A stretch of DNA of 63,401 nt, filler included, from Hausera hauseri (Eukaryota), in the NCBI GenBank assembly GCA_046269625.1. It is 11 parts of 11 records of this genome, joined end to end, with 100 filler letters (N's around TTAATTAATTAA, not from the genome) between each part and the next. Parts side by side here need not be neighbours in the genome. Positions count along the whole stretch, not along the records: positions 23,744 to 34,789 come from JBJURY010129983.1; positions 34,890 to 39,201 come from JBJURY010642330.1; 9 more parts are not named here. One strand, written 5' to 3'. Made by a program: the position numbers and the translations under genes. The notes below the pieces were generated by a model. It had not been told where the DNA came from. It saw only the letters and a program-made list of their open reading frames with translations, and ran no database searches. Below, in pieces: positions 25,723 through 39,301 of the stretch (positions are counted from its first letter, which is position 1; every line of letters begins with the position of its first letter).

Positions 25723-28700
25723 TGCCCCCTTTTTGTTTTCGCGTTTTTTACTATCAAAAACGAAATTCCAGGTCCTGCTTGTCTCGTAAAAATGATGATG
25801 ATTACTGATGTCCTCCCTAAAATTGATGTCATATTGTCCTTTATTCCCGTTTCTGTAACTATCCTTAGCAATATCTTATACATTGACCTTCTATCTGTAT
25901 ATTGTGATAGCAATGTCGACCGAAAAAAAAAAATTCGCATTTAAGTAGGGAATAACTCGGTCGTGAAAGAGTTAATTAATAGTTTAGTCGACGACGACGT
26001 CATGAGACTATACGAGATTAACGCGTAAAGTAAAAAGTTGGATTCCTTCCTTCCGTTTTGTCGAGCTATTGGAGATGGAGAATCCATGCGTCCGTAGTCC
26101 GTATTCTTTGCCAAGGTAAGTTTTTTTATATAAATGTACTCAGAAATTTCTTATCTTATTCCTTTATTACCCTTCGGCGTATATATTCATAAAACATTCG
26201 TAAGCCTCCTGCTCGTCCATATAAACCCGAAACTATTTCTTCTTCATCATTTAGGATATTAGGCCTTTCCTTGTGATGCCACTTCCTTGATGATGTCATT
26301 GATGATGATTTTGCTCCCAATGCTTACTTTAGACTAGTAGCGATTTAACTTCAAGTATAAAGTGTAATGCCCTTTAATTATTAATCTTTTTAATTAGTTA
26401 CACATTCATGTAATCATATATTTATATTTTCCAAGGTAGAATTTGATATTTCCATAAATTTTATTTAAATTGCTTGAGTTAAACTCAGAAGGTTTATTTA
26501 ATATTTTAATTAATCAAATTTTTTTCATATATAAAAATCTTTGATTATTAACCTATTCAAAATAGAATAATGTCAAAAATTGTCAACAAAATTGTCCGTC
26601 CACTAAATGCAGCATTTAAGTAAATGATTTAACAGTGGATAGTGAATAGTGTTATCAATACAAGGTTGCAACTATAATACAACACATGTTATTAAATGCA
26701 TGCAGCATGTCATAAAATACTTAATGTGACACATCATTGAAAAAGAAAAGGATCGATCATACATCATATTATTGAATATAATGAATACACAGTACAAGTC
26801 ACAATGCACACATAATTAACTAACTTAACATGCACACATCATAATGCAGCATTTTCAAAATACAGATAAAGTTCAACAAAATCCCACATCAACATATACA
26901 TATAATGGTAACGCATAGCGATCAGAACAAATTAAACATAAAATATTCAATACAAATGCACACATCACTGCATTGGTTTAGTATATCATATCATAATAAT
27001 GATCAGAGCAAAATAATGTAAAATATCCAATCCTGTTAACAAGATCTGTGACATATTTTTAGAAACTGAAAAGGTCGTTTTCAATTTCCTTTTAAGCTTG
27101 TGGACCTCTGACAAAGACATGGCATGCAACCAACTGCTGCCTCATGGAGATTTCCTCTGGGAAAAGATTTGCCAGCCAAATGCCATCGGCCTCCCTTCCT
27201 CCAAGATGCCAACATGTTTGCCTGACTGGACGCTACTCTACCCCATCCAGGATGTCAACCTCATGGCTTCATGTATCGTGTTAATCACACTTGATACGCC
27301 ACAACACCAAAAATGCTCATGAAAAAAAAATCCTTCTTAATATTCCCAACCTTGTGGCTCCATGTATCGTGTTAATCACACTTGATATGCCACACTACAC
27401 CTGACCTTCACCTGGTCTGTTTATCCCGTAATTTCATAACTCAAGTTTTCCCCACTCACGTGAAACACAATACACTGTGGCTTGATAAACCACAGTCATT
27501 CTTCCTTGATACTTTTGTTCATCTTGTGGATTCATGCATCATGTTAACCACACTGTCATGAATAGCCCTTTAGCTTTGACCTTCTCATACCCAGTCAACT
27601 CATCCCCTTCAAGCCATTCCCTTAGTCATGTCAAAATAAAATACATTGTGGTATGACATATGCCAATCATGGTTATATACCAATATAAAGTAATCTGAAG
27701 GTGTATGTCATTAATGCTTGTCATAACAAAAATTCATGCATATAACCCAATATAATACTAGCATGTGCATAGGCTTAAGACATAATAAAAAGTCAATCAA
27801 AACATATAACATTAGAAGACATGCATAGTAGTTCATAATAACCACACTCCCAAAATAGTAGTCCACAGGATGTGCATATAAAATCTTACAAGTCATACAA
27901 AAAAAATCATTTACCCAATCCAGAAGAAAACTGTTTCATTCAAAGAAACCAACCTTCCATAATGTACCTGTAACAAATTCTCACACCTTTGTCATCAGAC
28001 TGTTTATGAGTTTCACACCCTCTTCCAATACATTTGTGTGAAAAAACAAAGTTAAAATGTCATTATGCAAGAATAATACATCCTTCAACAAATAAAATAA
28101 CATGAAAACTGTCCAACAACAACGTAAAAAGACCTGTTACCATTCGTAAGCAGTCATATCATTCAGCATTTTTCCCCCCAAAAATTCATGGAAAATTCAT
28201 TTGTTCCATAGGCTCAGCGCCTCCATGCTCATCCTTACATCTGCATCTCCCACCTCAACAAGAAAGCTCATTGCTCCTTACAACAATGAAGGTATACACT
28301 TCAAGTTCCCTCGGTTATCTTCTTCCCTAATCTAGTCCTTGTGTATGTGTTGGGGTCAGTCTTATCCCTTTATAGCAAATCTGTGCTATTCTTACCACCT
28401 CAGCCTGTTCCCCTTCCTTGGTGAAGCCCCCTGCTTGTGAAAAACAGTAAATAACTAAATTCATTAAGATTCTCACACCATTGTGTAGGCTCCCCTGCCC
28501 ACATTTTCCCAGTCAGTTTTCCACTGCATTGGCATGACCCAAATTGATTATTTTCTGTAATACACAGAATAAAGATTGCAAAATAATGTCGTTCCAGTAC
28601 AATCTGTACTATTAAAATATCTCTGTCACCCATATAAGCAATATAATTCCAATATGCAGTCATAAAATAAAACACTGACAGTATGTTTAGTGCAAATTGT

Positions 28701-29614
28701 ACAGACATATAAAGTTAAGCATCTGCTATATGAGACGTAATTTAAGAATGTGCTCTATATTTGTAATATAACTGCAGATTACTCCTTTCCTTGCCATTAA
28801 TTACATAATGCTCAACATCTGACTCACAGTGGAAATTGAGAACAAAAAAATTTGTATATCAATCATTATGAACATTGTAACAAAACATATTTTATAATTT
28901 GAATGTTGCTATAGTAGATTCTTGTTTATTTGTATGCATATCTCAATACATTTTTTTTTCTTCTATCTTTGCCAAGGACCCTGACTTGAAAATCATCCTG
29001 CCCGACCAATTGGACCCTAGCTAACTTCTGAATCTCTGACTTCACTGTCAGTTTGAGACTTACTAACTCACAGATGATTCAATATAGTGATGGCTTCCAG
29101 CATCACCTTCCTCAATATATATCAAGGATATCCCATCATCCAGATATCATCTTCCAGGCCACTGATGATAGCCTGCCAAAAGCTTAAATAACATGTGGAT
29201 TTTTTTCAAACAATGATGGACTTTTTCCTACTGTGTCCTTCCAAGTGAGAACCTACTGGTTTAGTGCGTATGTGGTGTATACTCATATGTATATGTGACG
29301 TTGGTATGCTAACTATGTGTGTGTCCTGTATACCTGTTTTTTTTTTCCATTGCCTCCTGTAGGTATTTCTAATTCTGTTTCTATGCTTTAAAATCATCCC
29401 TCTATATTATTTTCACTCTCTTCTAGTTAGTTTAGACATTGTGGTGCCTACTTACTCTACTTCTATACTTCCCCATCTTGTTCTTATAACTGCTTCATGT
29501 AGTGTTAGTCAGTCCCCACACGGACCTAATACAATTTCTCTCTTTTTAATATGTTGCCTAAACCTTCCTCTGCACTTGCATTAACCCCGCCTACGTCTCA
29601 GTACCCAAGGTAAG

Positions 29615-32416
29615 TTAGTCATCGTCTGTTTGCTCTTCTGCTAACTTCTTAACACAGGCGTTAAACACTTCAATTGCTTTTCTGGGGTTCCATTTTGCTT
29701 CATCGCATTCTGAATCACTTTCCTTGGTCTCCACCTCTGTTCTGTTCGCTGTTCTTTTATTCAGGGTTCTTTTATTCCTGACTGCCACTCGAACCTTACG
29801 TTCACCTTTTGGCTTCACCTGCTTAGCCTTGTAACTTCCCTTTATAACCTCTGCAGTCTGCTGTTTTGCTTTCATTTGTTTTTGTTTTTCTGTATCAACA
29901 GGGTTTTTATCCTTTTTACTTATCTCCTTATCCACTTCCAGGTTTTCAGCCATTTCTCCTTGACCTACCTTAACTGTTTCTCGTGGTCCTATCAGAACCA
30001 TTTCGCCTTGTCCTATCTTAACCATTTCTCTTTGTCCTATCTTATGCTTTGCTGCAATGTCGCATACGAAACAACAGTCCTTGACGTAAACGTCATAGAT
30101 AACGCCTTCGTCCTGATAATTATGACACCTTTTCTTCATTTCCTTGATAGCTTTGACATATCTAGTTTGCCATTCCTCACAAATTTCAATATTCCTCTTT
30201 TCCTCTTCTATACTCTCCCTAATTTCATTCCTCAACCATTCATTACGTTTCAGTACCTCTTCATTCTGTTTCTTTAATTTCTTTATTCGTTCTAATTGCT
30301 CCCTATTCTCCTCATCTAGCTTTCTCATCTGCTCCTCCATGTCTGGGATTTTCTGTATCTTATCTTCTATTGCATTTATGTGCACCTGATTCCTCTCTTT
30401 GAGACTGTTAAGCTGCTTCAGTTGAATGTTTAATAATTCAATCTCATTGTCCTTTTCCTTTAGGTTTTCCCTATAATTATCTACTTTGTTTCTTAGTGTG
30501 TTAGTATTCTCAACATGGTCACGATGTGAATTATGTAATTTTATCTCTAGTTCTACCTTAACCTTGTAAAATTCTTCCACCTGCCTTTTATTTTGCTCAA
30601 GTAGTTTTTGCTGTTGAGATTCNNNNNNNNNNNNNNNNNNNNNNNNNNNNNNNNNNNNNNNNNNNNNNNNNNNNNNNNNNNNNNNNNNNNNNNNNNNNNN
30701 NNNNNNNNNNNNNNNNNNNNNNTCTAGTTCTACCTTAACCTTGTAAAATTCTTCCACCTGCCTTTTATTTTGCTCAAGTAGTTTTTGCTGTTGAGATTCT
30801 AGTGATTGAATGTATTTCTCCATCTGATCAATTTCTTTCTGTTTATCTGCTACTCTTATCATAAGTGCTTTGACATAGTTTCTCTCTTCCTCCACTATCT
30901 TATTTAATTCTTCTAACTGCTTCAAGTACTCTTCCTCTACAGTGACTCGTTTGATTGGCTCCTCTGAGCTATTCTCAGTATCTTGCTTATGTCTTATTAT
31001 TTTTACCCTCATTTCTTCCCCCTTTTCTGAACTCATTTCTTCCCCCTTTTCTGAACTCTCTTCCCCCAGAGTTCTGGCATATACCTCTGAGCTTTCTTCA
31101 TTCCCACTCAGTGGTTCCTTATAATAATAGTTATCTCTGCTCTCAAGATTCTGAGCGGTGTCTGCCACACCTGCTTGACTTTCTGTCATTCTCTTCCTTC
31201 TTTTTGACTGTTTCCTTGCCACTTTTGCCTCTGTTTCTGTGCTTTGACATTCCTCGACCTTCATATTTTCTTCCAGTGCATCTAGAAATTCCTCTGATTC
31301 ATCACTCACATAACCACTACCTTCATTAGTTGATACCAGACTGCATTGTTTCTCCACTGCTGCTATAACCTGTGGTGAATTACTCTTCACCATTGTTTCC
31401 CCTTCATTCTTCTGGGGTCTACTACCCTTACACTCAATGTCTGTGGCCTGTGGCCCTCCCTCTTTGTCAGCTCCATTAAAATTTATCCTCCATTTGTTTG
31501 ACCTCCTCTGGGTTAATCGCCTCTGAGGTTGGTCCCTTTGTCGAGTCACTTGACTCACTATCCCATGTAGACTACGGATCTCACTTACTAGATTCTTAAT
31601 AATTGTGGTTTGCTTTTCAACCACTCTAAGTGTATTTCCTTCACTTCGTCTTGTTCTATCCCTCTGTCTTTTTCCCGGTCTCTTTTTTGCTTTTTCACCA
31701 TCGGCCTGACAGTGTCCACTGAAGTATGATTGCTCATATGCCCTATCTGAATCTGACAACTTGTGGAACCATTTTTTAACTTCGCTGACTCTTCCACAAA
31801 AGTGACATCTATGTAACTGAATCTTTAGAACTCTACTGTTTATATTGGCACCATTTATTCCTACCAGTGTCTGCTTATTTTGTGAGTTAACATTGGTACA
31901 GGATTCATTAAAATGTAGGATTTTATTTGCATGTCTATTATAACTAAGTGTCCCGTGAGCTATTTTATCATCTTCAAAATGCCTCATTGTTTGATTTCTT
32001 ATTATTTTCCCAGTTTCTCTTGCCCCATTCATGTAATTGTTTCTATAGTGGTGGTCATTCTTGCCCCACTTTGAGAACCTTTCTCTGCTATATTCCCAAT
32101 TGTTTACATTCCATCTTTTCTGTGGACCAAAATAAAAATCACCCCATGGGATAACCCTACCCCTCTTTTGTCTACCTAAATCACCCCACAACTTCCTACT
32201 GTCTTGTCCAGTAACTACCTGTCTGTTTACCTGGTGACCTAAATTCCTTTCTCCCTTCTTTTTGTGACTAGAAAACCCACCTTCTGTAGTGTGTGAGTTC
32301 ATGACCTTGCTAGTAGGAGTGTTTAGTGTCCTATTGTCTAGTAATTGTTCACAGGCCTGTGCTTTGGACTGTGTTACTGTATTGGGCTGTGTTGTTTCAT
32401 CTGTTGTTTGTTCCAT
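29615..32416 (-). CDS. Long uninterrupted coiled-coil ORF with degenerate zinc knuckle; probably retroelement gag-like
   Basis: First ATG at 32416; CHFCGRVSEVKKW resembles a CCHC knuckle; E/K/Q-rich coiled coil. About 875 aa once the 77-nt duplication and 100 N gap are removed. Confidence 0.55.
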   Translation of the reverse strand: MEQTTDETTQPNTVTQSKAQACEQLLDNRTLNTPTSKVMNSHTTEGGFSSHKKKGERNLGHQVNRQVVTGQDSRKLWGDLGRQKRGRVIPWGDFYFGPQKRWNVNNWEYSRERFSKWGKNDHHYRNNYMNGARETGKIIRNQTMRHFEDDKIAHGTLSYNRHANKILHFNESCTNVNSQNKQTLVGINGANINSRVLKIQLHRCHFCGRVSEVKKWFHKLSDSDRAYEQSYFSGHCQADGEKAKKRPGKRQRDRTRRSEGNTLRVVEKQTTIIKNLVSEIRSLHGIVSQVTRQRDQPQRRLTQRRSNKWRINFNGADKEGGPQATDIECKGSRPQKNEGETMVKSNSPQVIAAVEKQCSLVSTNEGSGYVSDESEEFLDALEENMKVEECQSTETEAKVARKQSKRRKRMTESQAGVADTAQNLESRDNYYYKEPLSGNEESSEVYARTLGEESSEKGEEMSSEKGEEMRVKIIRHKQDTENSSEEPIKRVTVEEEYLKQLEELNKIVEEERNYVKALMIRVADKQKEIDQMEKYIQSLESQQQKLLEQNKRQVEEFYKVKVELXXXXXXXXXXXXXXXXXXXXXXXXXXXXXXXXXXESQQQKLLEQNKRQVEEFYKVKVELEIKLHNSHRDHVENTNTLRNKVDNYRENLKEKDNEIELLNIQLKQLNSLKERNQVHINAIEDKIQKIPDMEEQMRKLDEENREQLERIKKLKKQNEEVLKRNEWLRNEIRESIEEEKRNIEICEEWQTRYVKAIKEMKKRCHNYQDEGVIYDVYVKDCCFVCDIAAKHKIGQREMVKIGQGEMVLIGPRETVKVGQGEMAENLEVDKEISKKDKNPVDTEKQKQMKAKQQTAEVIKGSYKAKQVKPKGERKVRVAVRNKRTLNKRTANRTEVETKESDSECDEAKWNPRKAIEVFNACVKKLAEEQTDDD

Positions 32417-32847
32417 TCTCACTATTTATTGTTACCTATCTGTCTATTATATTTATTATATCTTTCTAATTATGTTTATACCCTGTTATTAACTCTGTCC
32501 TGTGAAATAAAATTTGTTATAAATTATAATTTATTGTCACCTGCAAAAAAAAAGTGTATTAGTTTTGCAATAAAATTGCTGATTAAATTGTATTAATTTC
32601 TTGATTGTTTGCGTTTTTATATGTTGTGCTGTTGCCAGCTTTACATGTCAAAATAAAAATATACCTGCAACAAGAAATAAACATTTAGTACCAACATGCA
32701 AATATATTCAGTGTCCAATGATTTATCTTCCCAGTCTGAATGTTTTCTTCCCCCTGGTTCATTCAATAAGTCCTTGTCTGAGATTACCCCCAAAGAGATT
32801 TTCTCTGCCTAGGATTATCCTGGCACGGAGACCAATATTTATAATGG

Positions 32848-34789
32848 TGTTATGTCGCAGGGTAGGGTAATCGCCTACCTGCTGACAGAACCTTCTTACT
32901 TGGGGTTATGGGGTAGAAGGGTCCTTGTTGTGTCTGTGATCCTCTTCTCGACTCCCCTGGAGTTCACTATAGGTTATACACCGGTGTTAGTTTCCTCCTA
33001 TTGCGAAGTCTTCGTATAGTGGTTAGTTTTGCTTTTCCTTTTATGCTTCCTCGCCCTCTAGTCATCCATCGACTGGGTTTCTGCTTGTTTGGCGAATTAA
33101 TGGATTGTGATTAATTCGTTCCCTTTACCACCCTATTGGCTGTGATCCCACCCCATGTAGGTTGCTTTATCATGTAAGACTAAGACACTTGTGACACAGT
33201 GAACACTTGAACAATCATATTAAAACAAAATTACAAAGATTTTATTTGTGGATGTCTTAACACACATGTGGATATTCATTCAAGCATTAAGGAAATTCTT
33301 CATACAATTTGATTACCCTATGTAACTAAATCACTAATTATTGCTAACTTAAGCTGTTCCATTTCGACTGAATCGTTAATAGTTCATATCTACTGAAATC
33401 GCTGTTGCTAAATATCTTAGTCCTTATCAACACCTTGGTAGACTTTATTGCTGCCATGGATTGTTCTATGTCGAAACACTGTTCTCGCTAATAAGATTAG
33501 TACACATTAGTCTTTACCGCTTCTATGGATTGTTCTATGTCGAAACACTGTTCTCGCTAATAAGATTAGTACACATTAGTCTTTACCGCTTCTATGGATT
33601 GNNNNNNNNNNNNNNNNNNNNNNNNNNNNNNNNNNNNNNNNNNNNNNNNNNNNNNNNNNNNNNNNNNNNNNNNNNNNNNNNNNNNNNNNNNNNNNNNNNN
33701 NTTCTATGTCGGAACACTGTTCTGGGTACCAGGTAATAAAATCTGGAGCTAAATGTCTATCAAATATTCCCTGTCCATATGCTTCTTAATTAAATGTCTG
33801 TTAAATCTTCACCGTAAATCTGTTCTCATGTAATTATCAAATATTCACATCTGCTTGGGTAGGCTAATGTCTATTAAATCTGCACAGGTAATGTAACATC
33901 TCAATATTAACCTCCTTAAAACGATTTAATATGTTCAATTCTACACGACAATTCACTTCCAAGCTATCTTGTCATTGTTCTATGGGGTTAACTATTACAT
34001 GCTCTTTCGTCTTGATATGCTATGCTTTCTACGACTGCATTTCACTGAGGTAGGATCTTACGTTAGGTCGCTTATAGTCGGCGCTAATAGCTTCGATTCT
34101 GACTTAGACGCACTTTATTAATGTAGGCACTTACTATTACATCTACTCTATTCACGAGCATAATACCTGTCCTTAATGATTGCAAGCCTCGTGTTATGTC
34201 TGGCTGTTGAGTTCAATCGATGTTGGTCTCTCTAAAACGTGAGTGAGCTGAGGGATATTTCAGGATCGTGGAGTCCTGTCCCTATTAGCCGAATATACGA
34301 GTGCGTCGTTCAGTGTCTAACTCGTGCCTAACTCTGCGTCTAACTACCTTCCATTGCGGAAGCTGTTGCTGACTCACTTTTCGTCTCGAAGTCGGAGTCC
34401 TCAGTCGTCAGTCCTCCGCTTTTTGAAAAACCTTCCTTATATTTCATCTTCCTCCCCTTTTGCCCCGGTGCACGCGCCTCCTCCTGTCACCCTGCATAGT
34501 CTGTAGTTCCGCCTCTAGGTGGGGCCGAGCCTTGCATCTTTGTTCGTGCACTCCATCCGCATTTCTAAATCTGCGCGTCCATCTTATTATTGGCCGGTTT
34601 AGTGTACGCAGAAGTTATATTGTGGCATCTGTGATTCATGAGCTTGGTATGTTTGACCACAGTTACTCACTACTGTTCAGCCATTTGTTTATCGCTGTGA
34701 GGGTTCTGGTCAGCACCCACGTGTATGTTGCTGATTTTTCATGTCAAACGCGCCATCCAAGATTTATTGGCTTGGGTCATCTGGCTTAT
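32848..34789 (-). mobile_element. Putative long 5' LTR followed by a PBS-like sequence
   Basis: Minus strand ends CATAACA at 32848; TGGTCTCCGTGCCAGGAT (32834-32817) loosely resembles a tRNA-His primer-binding site; lies upstream of the long ORF. Confidence 0.4.
33457..33722. repeat. 69-bp tandem repeat spanning an assembly gap
   Basis: TTGTTCTATGTCGAAACACTGTTCTCGC.. at 33461 and 33530, resuming after the N run. Confidence 0.9.
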
Positions 34790-35240
34790 NNNNNNNNNNN
34801 NNNNNNNNNNNNNNNNNNNNNNNNNNNNNNNNNTTAATTAATTAANNNNNNNNNNNNNNNNNNNNNNNNNNNNNNNNNNNNNNNNNNNNATGCATATTTT
34901 AAATAACCAAAATCGGATCATGCAGAACATAAACACATCCCTCCTCTTGTCTGTTTATCACCGCCAGCAGCAGCAGCAGCAGCTTCCAGCCGTGAGGTTG
35001 AAGGGAATCGATGCTGGAGGGGGATCCTCCTCAGCGCCAGAGCGAGCACGAGCGCCCGTCGCGGGAGCGCGCGCATAGGAAGGGAAGGGGAAAGGCAAGG
35101 AGCCGAGGCAGCTTCACAGTCGCCAGCGGAGCCCAGGACGGCGGACGAACGGAGCGCAGCGTGCCTGTCGCCCTTGACGATTTTCCGCAGCAGCTTCCCC
35201 CTTAAGAGCCGCGTCCCGCAGCCCGAAACCCGCCCGAAAA

Positions 35241-35292
35241 ATGCTGCTCAGAGTGGCCGTTCTCCTCGGGGCGCTCGTCGGCATCAGTCAAG
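35241..35292 (+). CDS. First coding exon (signal peptide) of a vertebrate-like secreted or membrane protein
   Basis: GC-rich upstream region with a CAG run; MLLRVAVLLGALVGISQ then phase-1 donor AG/GTAAG and a TG microsatellite. Confidence 0.6.
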
Positions 35293-37682
35293 GTAAGAAG
35301 ATGTGTAGTATGTGTGTGTGTGTGGGAGGCTTGGTGACTTTGTGGACAAGTTCTGCTCCGTGTTGATGAGAAGTGGAGGCGAGCGGGGCGGACTGTTTAA
35401 GTGGATGTTGTTTGGTAGTTGAGGCACGTCTTGTTAGGGGCCAGAATGCTTTTCCTCCCTGAAAAGGGGGATTATGATGGTGGGGATCTGAAAATCCTTT
35501 CTCCCCTCCCCCTCAAGTTCATCCTAGATTACAACTGCTGTCCATGTTTTATGATCATTGAAGACACTGTGACATTCTGCGCTGTATGAACACTGCATTT
35601 TAATCTGTCCACAAAAATGACACCTGATACTGTAGCTAGTTTTTGTTTAGTTTTTTCAGTTTAGGTTTTTGCTCAGGTAAAAATTACAGGCAGTATATTC
35701 TGAACAGTTTAACCACCTGCTTACTCTTTGTATATTAAAAACCTGGCAGAATTTGTGTTGCGGTGTTGTTGGATTGGCTCTTATATTCACTCTTTCTGTT
35801 TTATCTTGGGAAAAGATTAACAAAAAATAAAGCCCAACAGCATTAAGCTACAGGGGAATGAATTGTGTATTAATAACTCTAGCATTTTGGACCAAGCTTT
35901 TTACCGCCCCAGCTTGCTACGTTACTTTCCTAAAGTAAACACCAGTACCCACATCAGACTGTATCTACCTGAGGTCACTTGGCCATGAAAACAATTTGCT
36001 ACAGCTGGAAATCAAACAAAATGCTGGTCTGGCAGTCAAATGTACCAACGACTACACTGTACACAACCGTAATCTGAGAGCTGACTGCATGCTGTTATTC
36101 AGAATTGTATTCAGTGATTTCTCTTTCAGGTGTAAGAAATTTCATTTTTTATATAAAATTTGATACAAATTCTTTGTTCCATATATTTATACATATTAAA
36201 AAATTGCCGAGAAAAATTTTATTCAAACACAAAAGACATTGTAATTTCTAACCTAACAAAGCAAATGTCATGAAACTTCTGTAAGCTGTTCACAACAGTC
36301 TTGCCATCCTACCAAATAAATATACACATCGATATTCAACGCACGTACTTTTTATAAATACAGTCTCATTACTTTTTGTCCGCACTGGTATATAAATACA
36401 TACAGATTTATTATTGACTGTAAAGTCAAATAACAAGAACCGAATGTTCCCAATTTTGATTCAAAAAACTCTTCTCATTTTTTATTTAAAAATCGAATTT
36501 CTTTTTCGAATTATTTTCTGATAAGTTCCCATGTATTTTATACAATTGCCTTTGCGTAAATGTATTATATAAATGAACTTGCTAATATAATTTTAATGGC
36601 TCTTTCACGTTATTCGCCCAAAGCATAAAACACCAGTTTTACAACACTTTATGGGGTCGACTTAACCCTAACCATATTCCAAAATCTAACTTGCATAAAA
36701 ATGCAATATTTAATAGTGCTATCTATTTATGTCGACACAACTTATCTCGACTTCCCATTAATCTCACCTCGTACGAAACTCAAAACTTGTCCACATCGAC
36801 CTAGAAAGTCAGCCATCTCTGTCGACATGAATTTACAATCCAGATTGATGAAATTCTACCATTCGAGCACTGTTTATATTGATGTGTAGAACATAAACCG
36901 TTAGAAATGAAAATGTCGGATTCGACCAACAGTATGTTTAAAAATATCTTTTAGACATTATTTTGAAAATCATAAATTTTCAAAATCTAATGCAACTCCA
37001 AAGCGTAAATTTAGACTAAAAATATGTCTTCTCAGTGGTTCCTTTTCTAAAAGGAAATTTATGTAATTACATAAATCATTTGTCAACAACCGTGTAAGAA
37101 TAGATGAAAGTCTTGAATATTTATTGACGAAAAAATATAGAGTTGCCTGAAAAATGCGTACGCTATTCAATATTATTAAAATAAAATGTTTTCTTAGTTT
37201 TAGTTATTGACTATTGTCTGTTATCCTCACAAACCGCTTATCTCGAGAGAAAATTAACGATCCTAGCGATGTCGACATAAGTGGATTGCACTTTAGAACA
37301 CAATAAATGGCCAAACTGTTTCATGAAAACTTTTATAGTTACACTTAAGATTGGCAATTGGAGTTAGATAAACATGAATTGTAGTAAACTTAACTATAAC
37401 GTACAAGAGCCGTGAAGTCAAAATTTTAAAATTCTATTGGCTAGTTCATTAAAATAATAAATTTAAACAAAGGAAATTGTAAAAAATGTATGGAGGTTTA
37501 TCAAAAATATTGAATAATCCGCAAAAAATTCGATCTTGTTACATGAAAAATTAGAAAATAAAGTTCCTTGAATCAAAATTGAGACATTTTGGATATGGTA
37601 CTCCATCAGATATCCATTATTATTTTAATACCATAATTCATGTGTTACATCGAATACAGAAAAATTAAGAAAAGTAAAATAC

Positions 37683-38120
37683 CAGCTCTAAGCTTCTTTT
37701 AAGAAGAAATCTTTCTTGAATTTTGAGACAACGAGGAAAATTTAGTTCGTAACATAGCGTTGGAGCTAAGATAAAATAGTACAAATCTTTCAAATTCAAA
37801 TTATCTGGATAATTTTGATAGTTCAAAATGCTACCAATATTCCTATCAACTTTCTCGATATCACCAAATTCATCACAATTCATAGGAATATCTATAACGA
37901 ATTGAAAAATAAGGAGTGATTCCGCAGAAATTCACACCATTTGATTTTGCTAAATCCATTACTGTAGAATATGCAGCACGCTTCGATGCGGCTGTTTTGG
38001 AATTTTTACTCATTTCTGCTTGACATTGACGAAATTCACGACACCATTTGTTAACATGAGCATACGACCATAGCTTCAAGAATAATACTGTATATATTCC
38101 CAGTATTGGGGCACTAAATA
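37683..38120 (-). CDS. DGAT1: Diacylglycerol O-acyltransferase 1, two internal exons (38120-37938, 37891-37683)
   Basis: [16 protein letters not shown] and [33 protein letters not shown]; a 46-nt GT-AG intron keeps the frame. Confidence 0.9.
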
Positions 38121-38721
38121 CTAAAGTAACATAAGTGACTTTTATATAATTGAACTTTAGTATAAAAAGTTAAACAGTTATCTGGATATACATGGTAATT
38201 AAAAGAAAACTGGAGTAATGATGAAAAATTGTTATTGGACGTCAGAGAGGTGCAAAATATGCTGATTAATGAGATTAACATTCCAAGTACGGTAATAGGA
38301 GTTTAACTCGAAGAACGGCACCCGTCAAATTGATGGATACGATGAAAAATTAACATCAACTAAAAAGGCACAAGTATTTAATTGCAATCGTAGGTAGAAC
38401 GCAGACGTCACAAGAAATCAACACAACGATAAATATATATTGAATTTTAGCAGTCTCGCGGCAGTCACAAAAGTTAGATAAAAATTTAAATTTTGCCGTC
38501 ATATTCACGGTTGCCGCCTTTATAGGTAAACATCGCAACAAATCATTCCTTGTTTAACTCTACTCAACTTATCATGGCTTTTAATTATCTGGGCAACAAT
38601 CAATTAAAACTTATTTGTTGTAACGCAAGAAATCATAAGTATTGAAAGCGCACATATAAATACTTGCCGTCAAATTGACGGCATCGTCCTTCTAGTGTTA
38701 AAAATGTTTTGTCAACGAAGT

Positions 38722-39150
38722 CAAAATAACGCATTCGGAGCATTTAAGTATGACAGCATTTTGAACTTTTTCAAATTTTCCCACTACATGAAGTAATTTT
38801 GAACTTCTGCAAAATTTTCATTACTTTTCTCGAGTCAATGTTCTTTTATTATTCGATTTATAGCATTTCCTTTATGTTTTGACGAAATAAAATATGCATC
38901 ATATATTGTCTGTGGTCAATCATGTGATAGTCAAAATTTATACACGAGGGAATGTCATTGTGAATTAAATCAATATATTTTAGATTGACAGAACATCAGA
39001 AAACATTGTAAATCGAATAATGAAAAAAACATTTGCATGAGGAAAGGAAGGAAAATGATCTGAAAGTTCAAAATTTCCAAATACAGTAGGGGATATTTGA
39101 ACAAGTGCGAAATGCTGTTACATTTAAAGGTTTCAAATGCTTTATTTTGG
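38722..39150. mobile_element. MITE-like element, same family as 7880-8186
   Basis: CAAAATAACGCATTCGGAGCATTTAAGTATGACAGCATTT is inverted relative to AAATGCTGTTACATTTAAAGGTTTCAAATGCTTTATTTTG. Confidence 0.65.
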
Positions 39151-39301
39151 CTTCCTCGGTAAGAAGTTTTTTATATTATTATTCAGCATTATATTTGTTA
39201 TNNNNNNNNNNNNNNNNNNNNNNNNNNNNNNNNNNNNNNNNNNNNTTAATTAATTAANNNNNNNNNNNNNNNNNNNNNNNNNNNNNNNNNNNNNNNNNNN
39301 N

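Noticed and set aside
28200-28400. Possible degenerate integrase C-terminus on the minus strand
   Set aside because: Only a weak SFLVEVGD resemblance among many stops.
30546-30799. 77-nt duplication inside the coiled-coil ORF
   Set aside because: Exact copies flank a 100-N gap; typical assembler overlap artefact.
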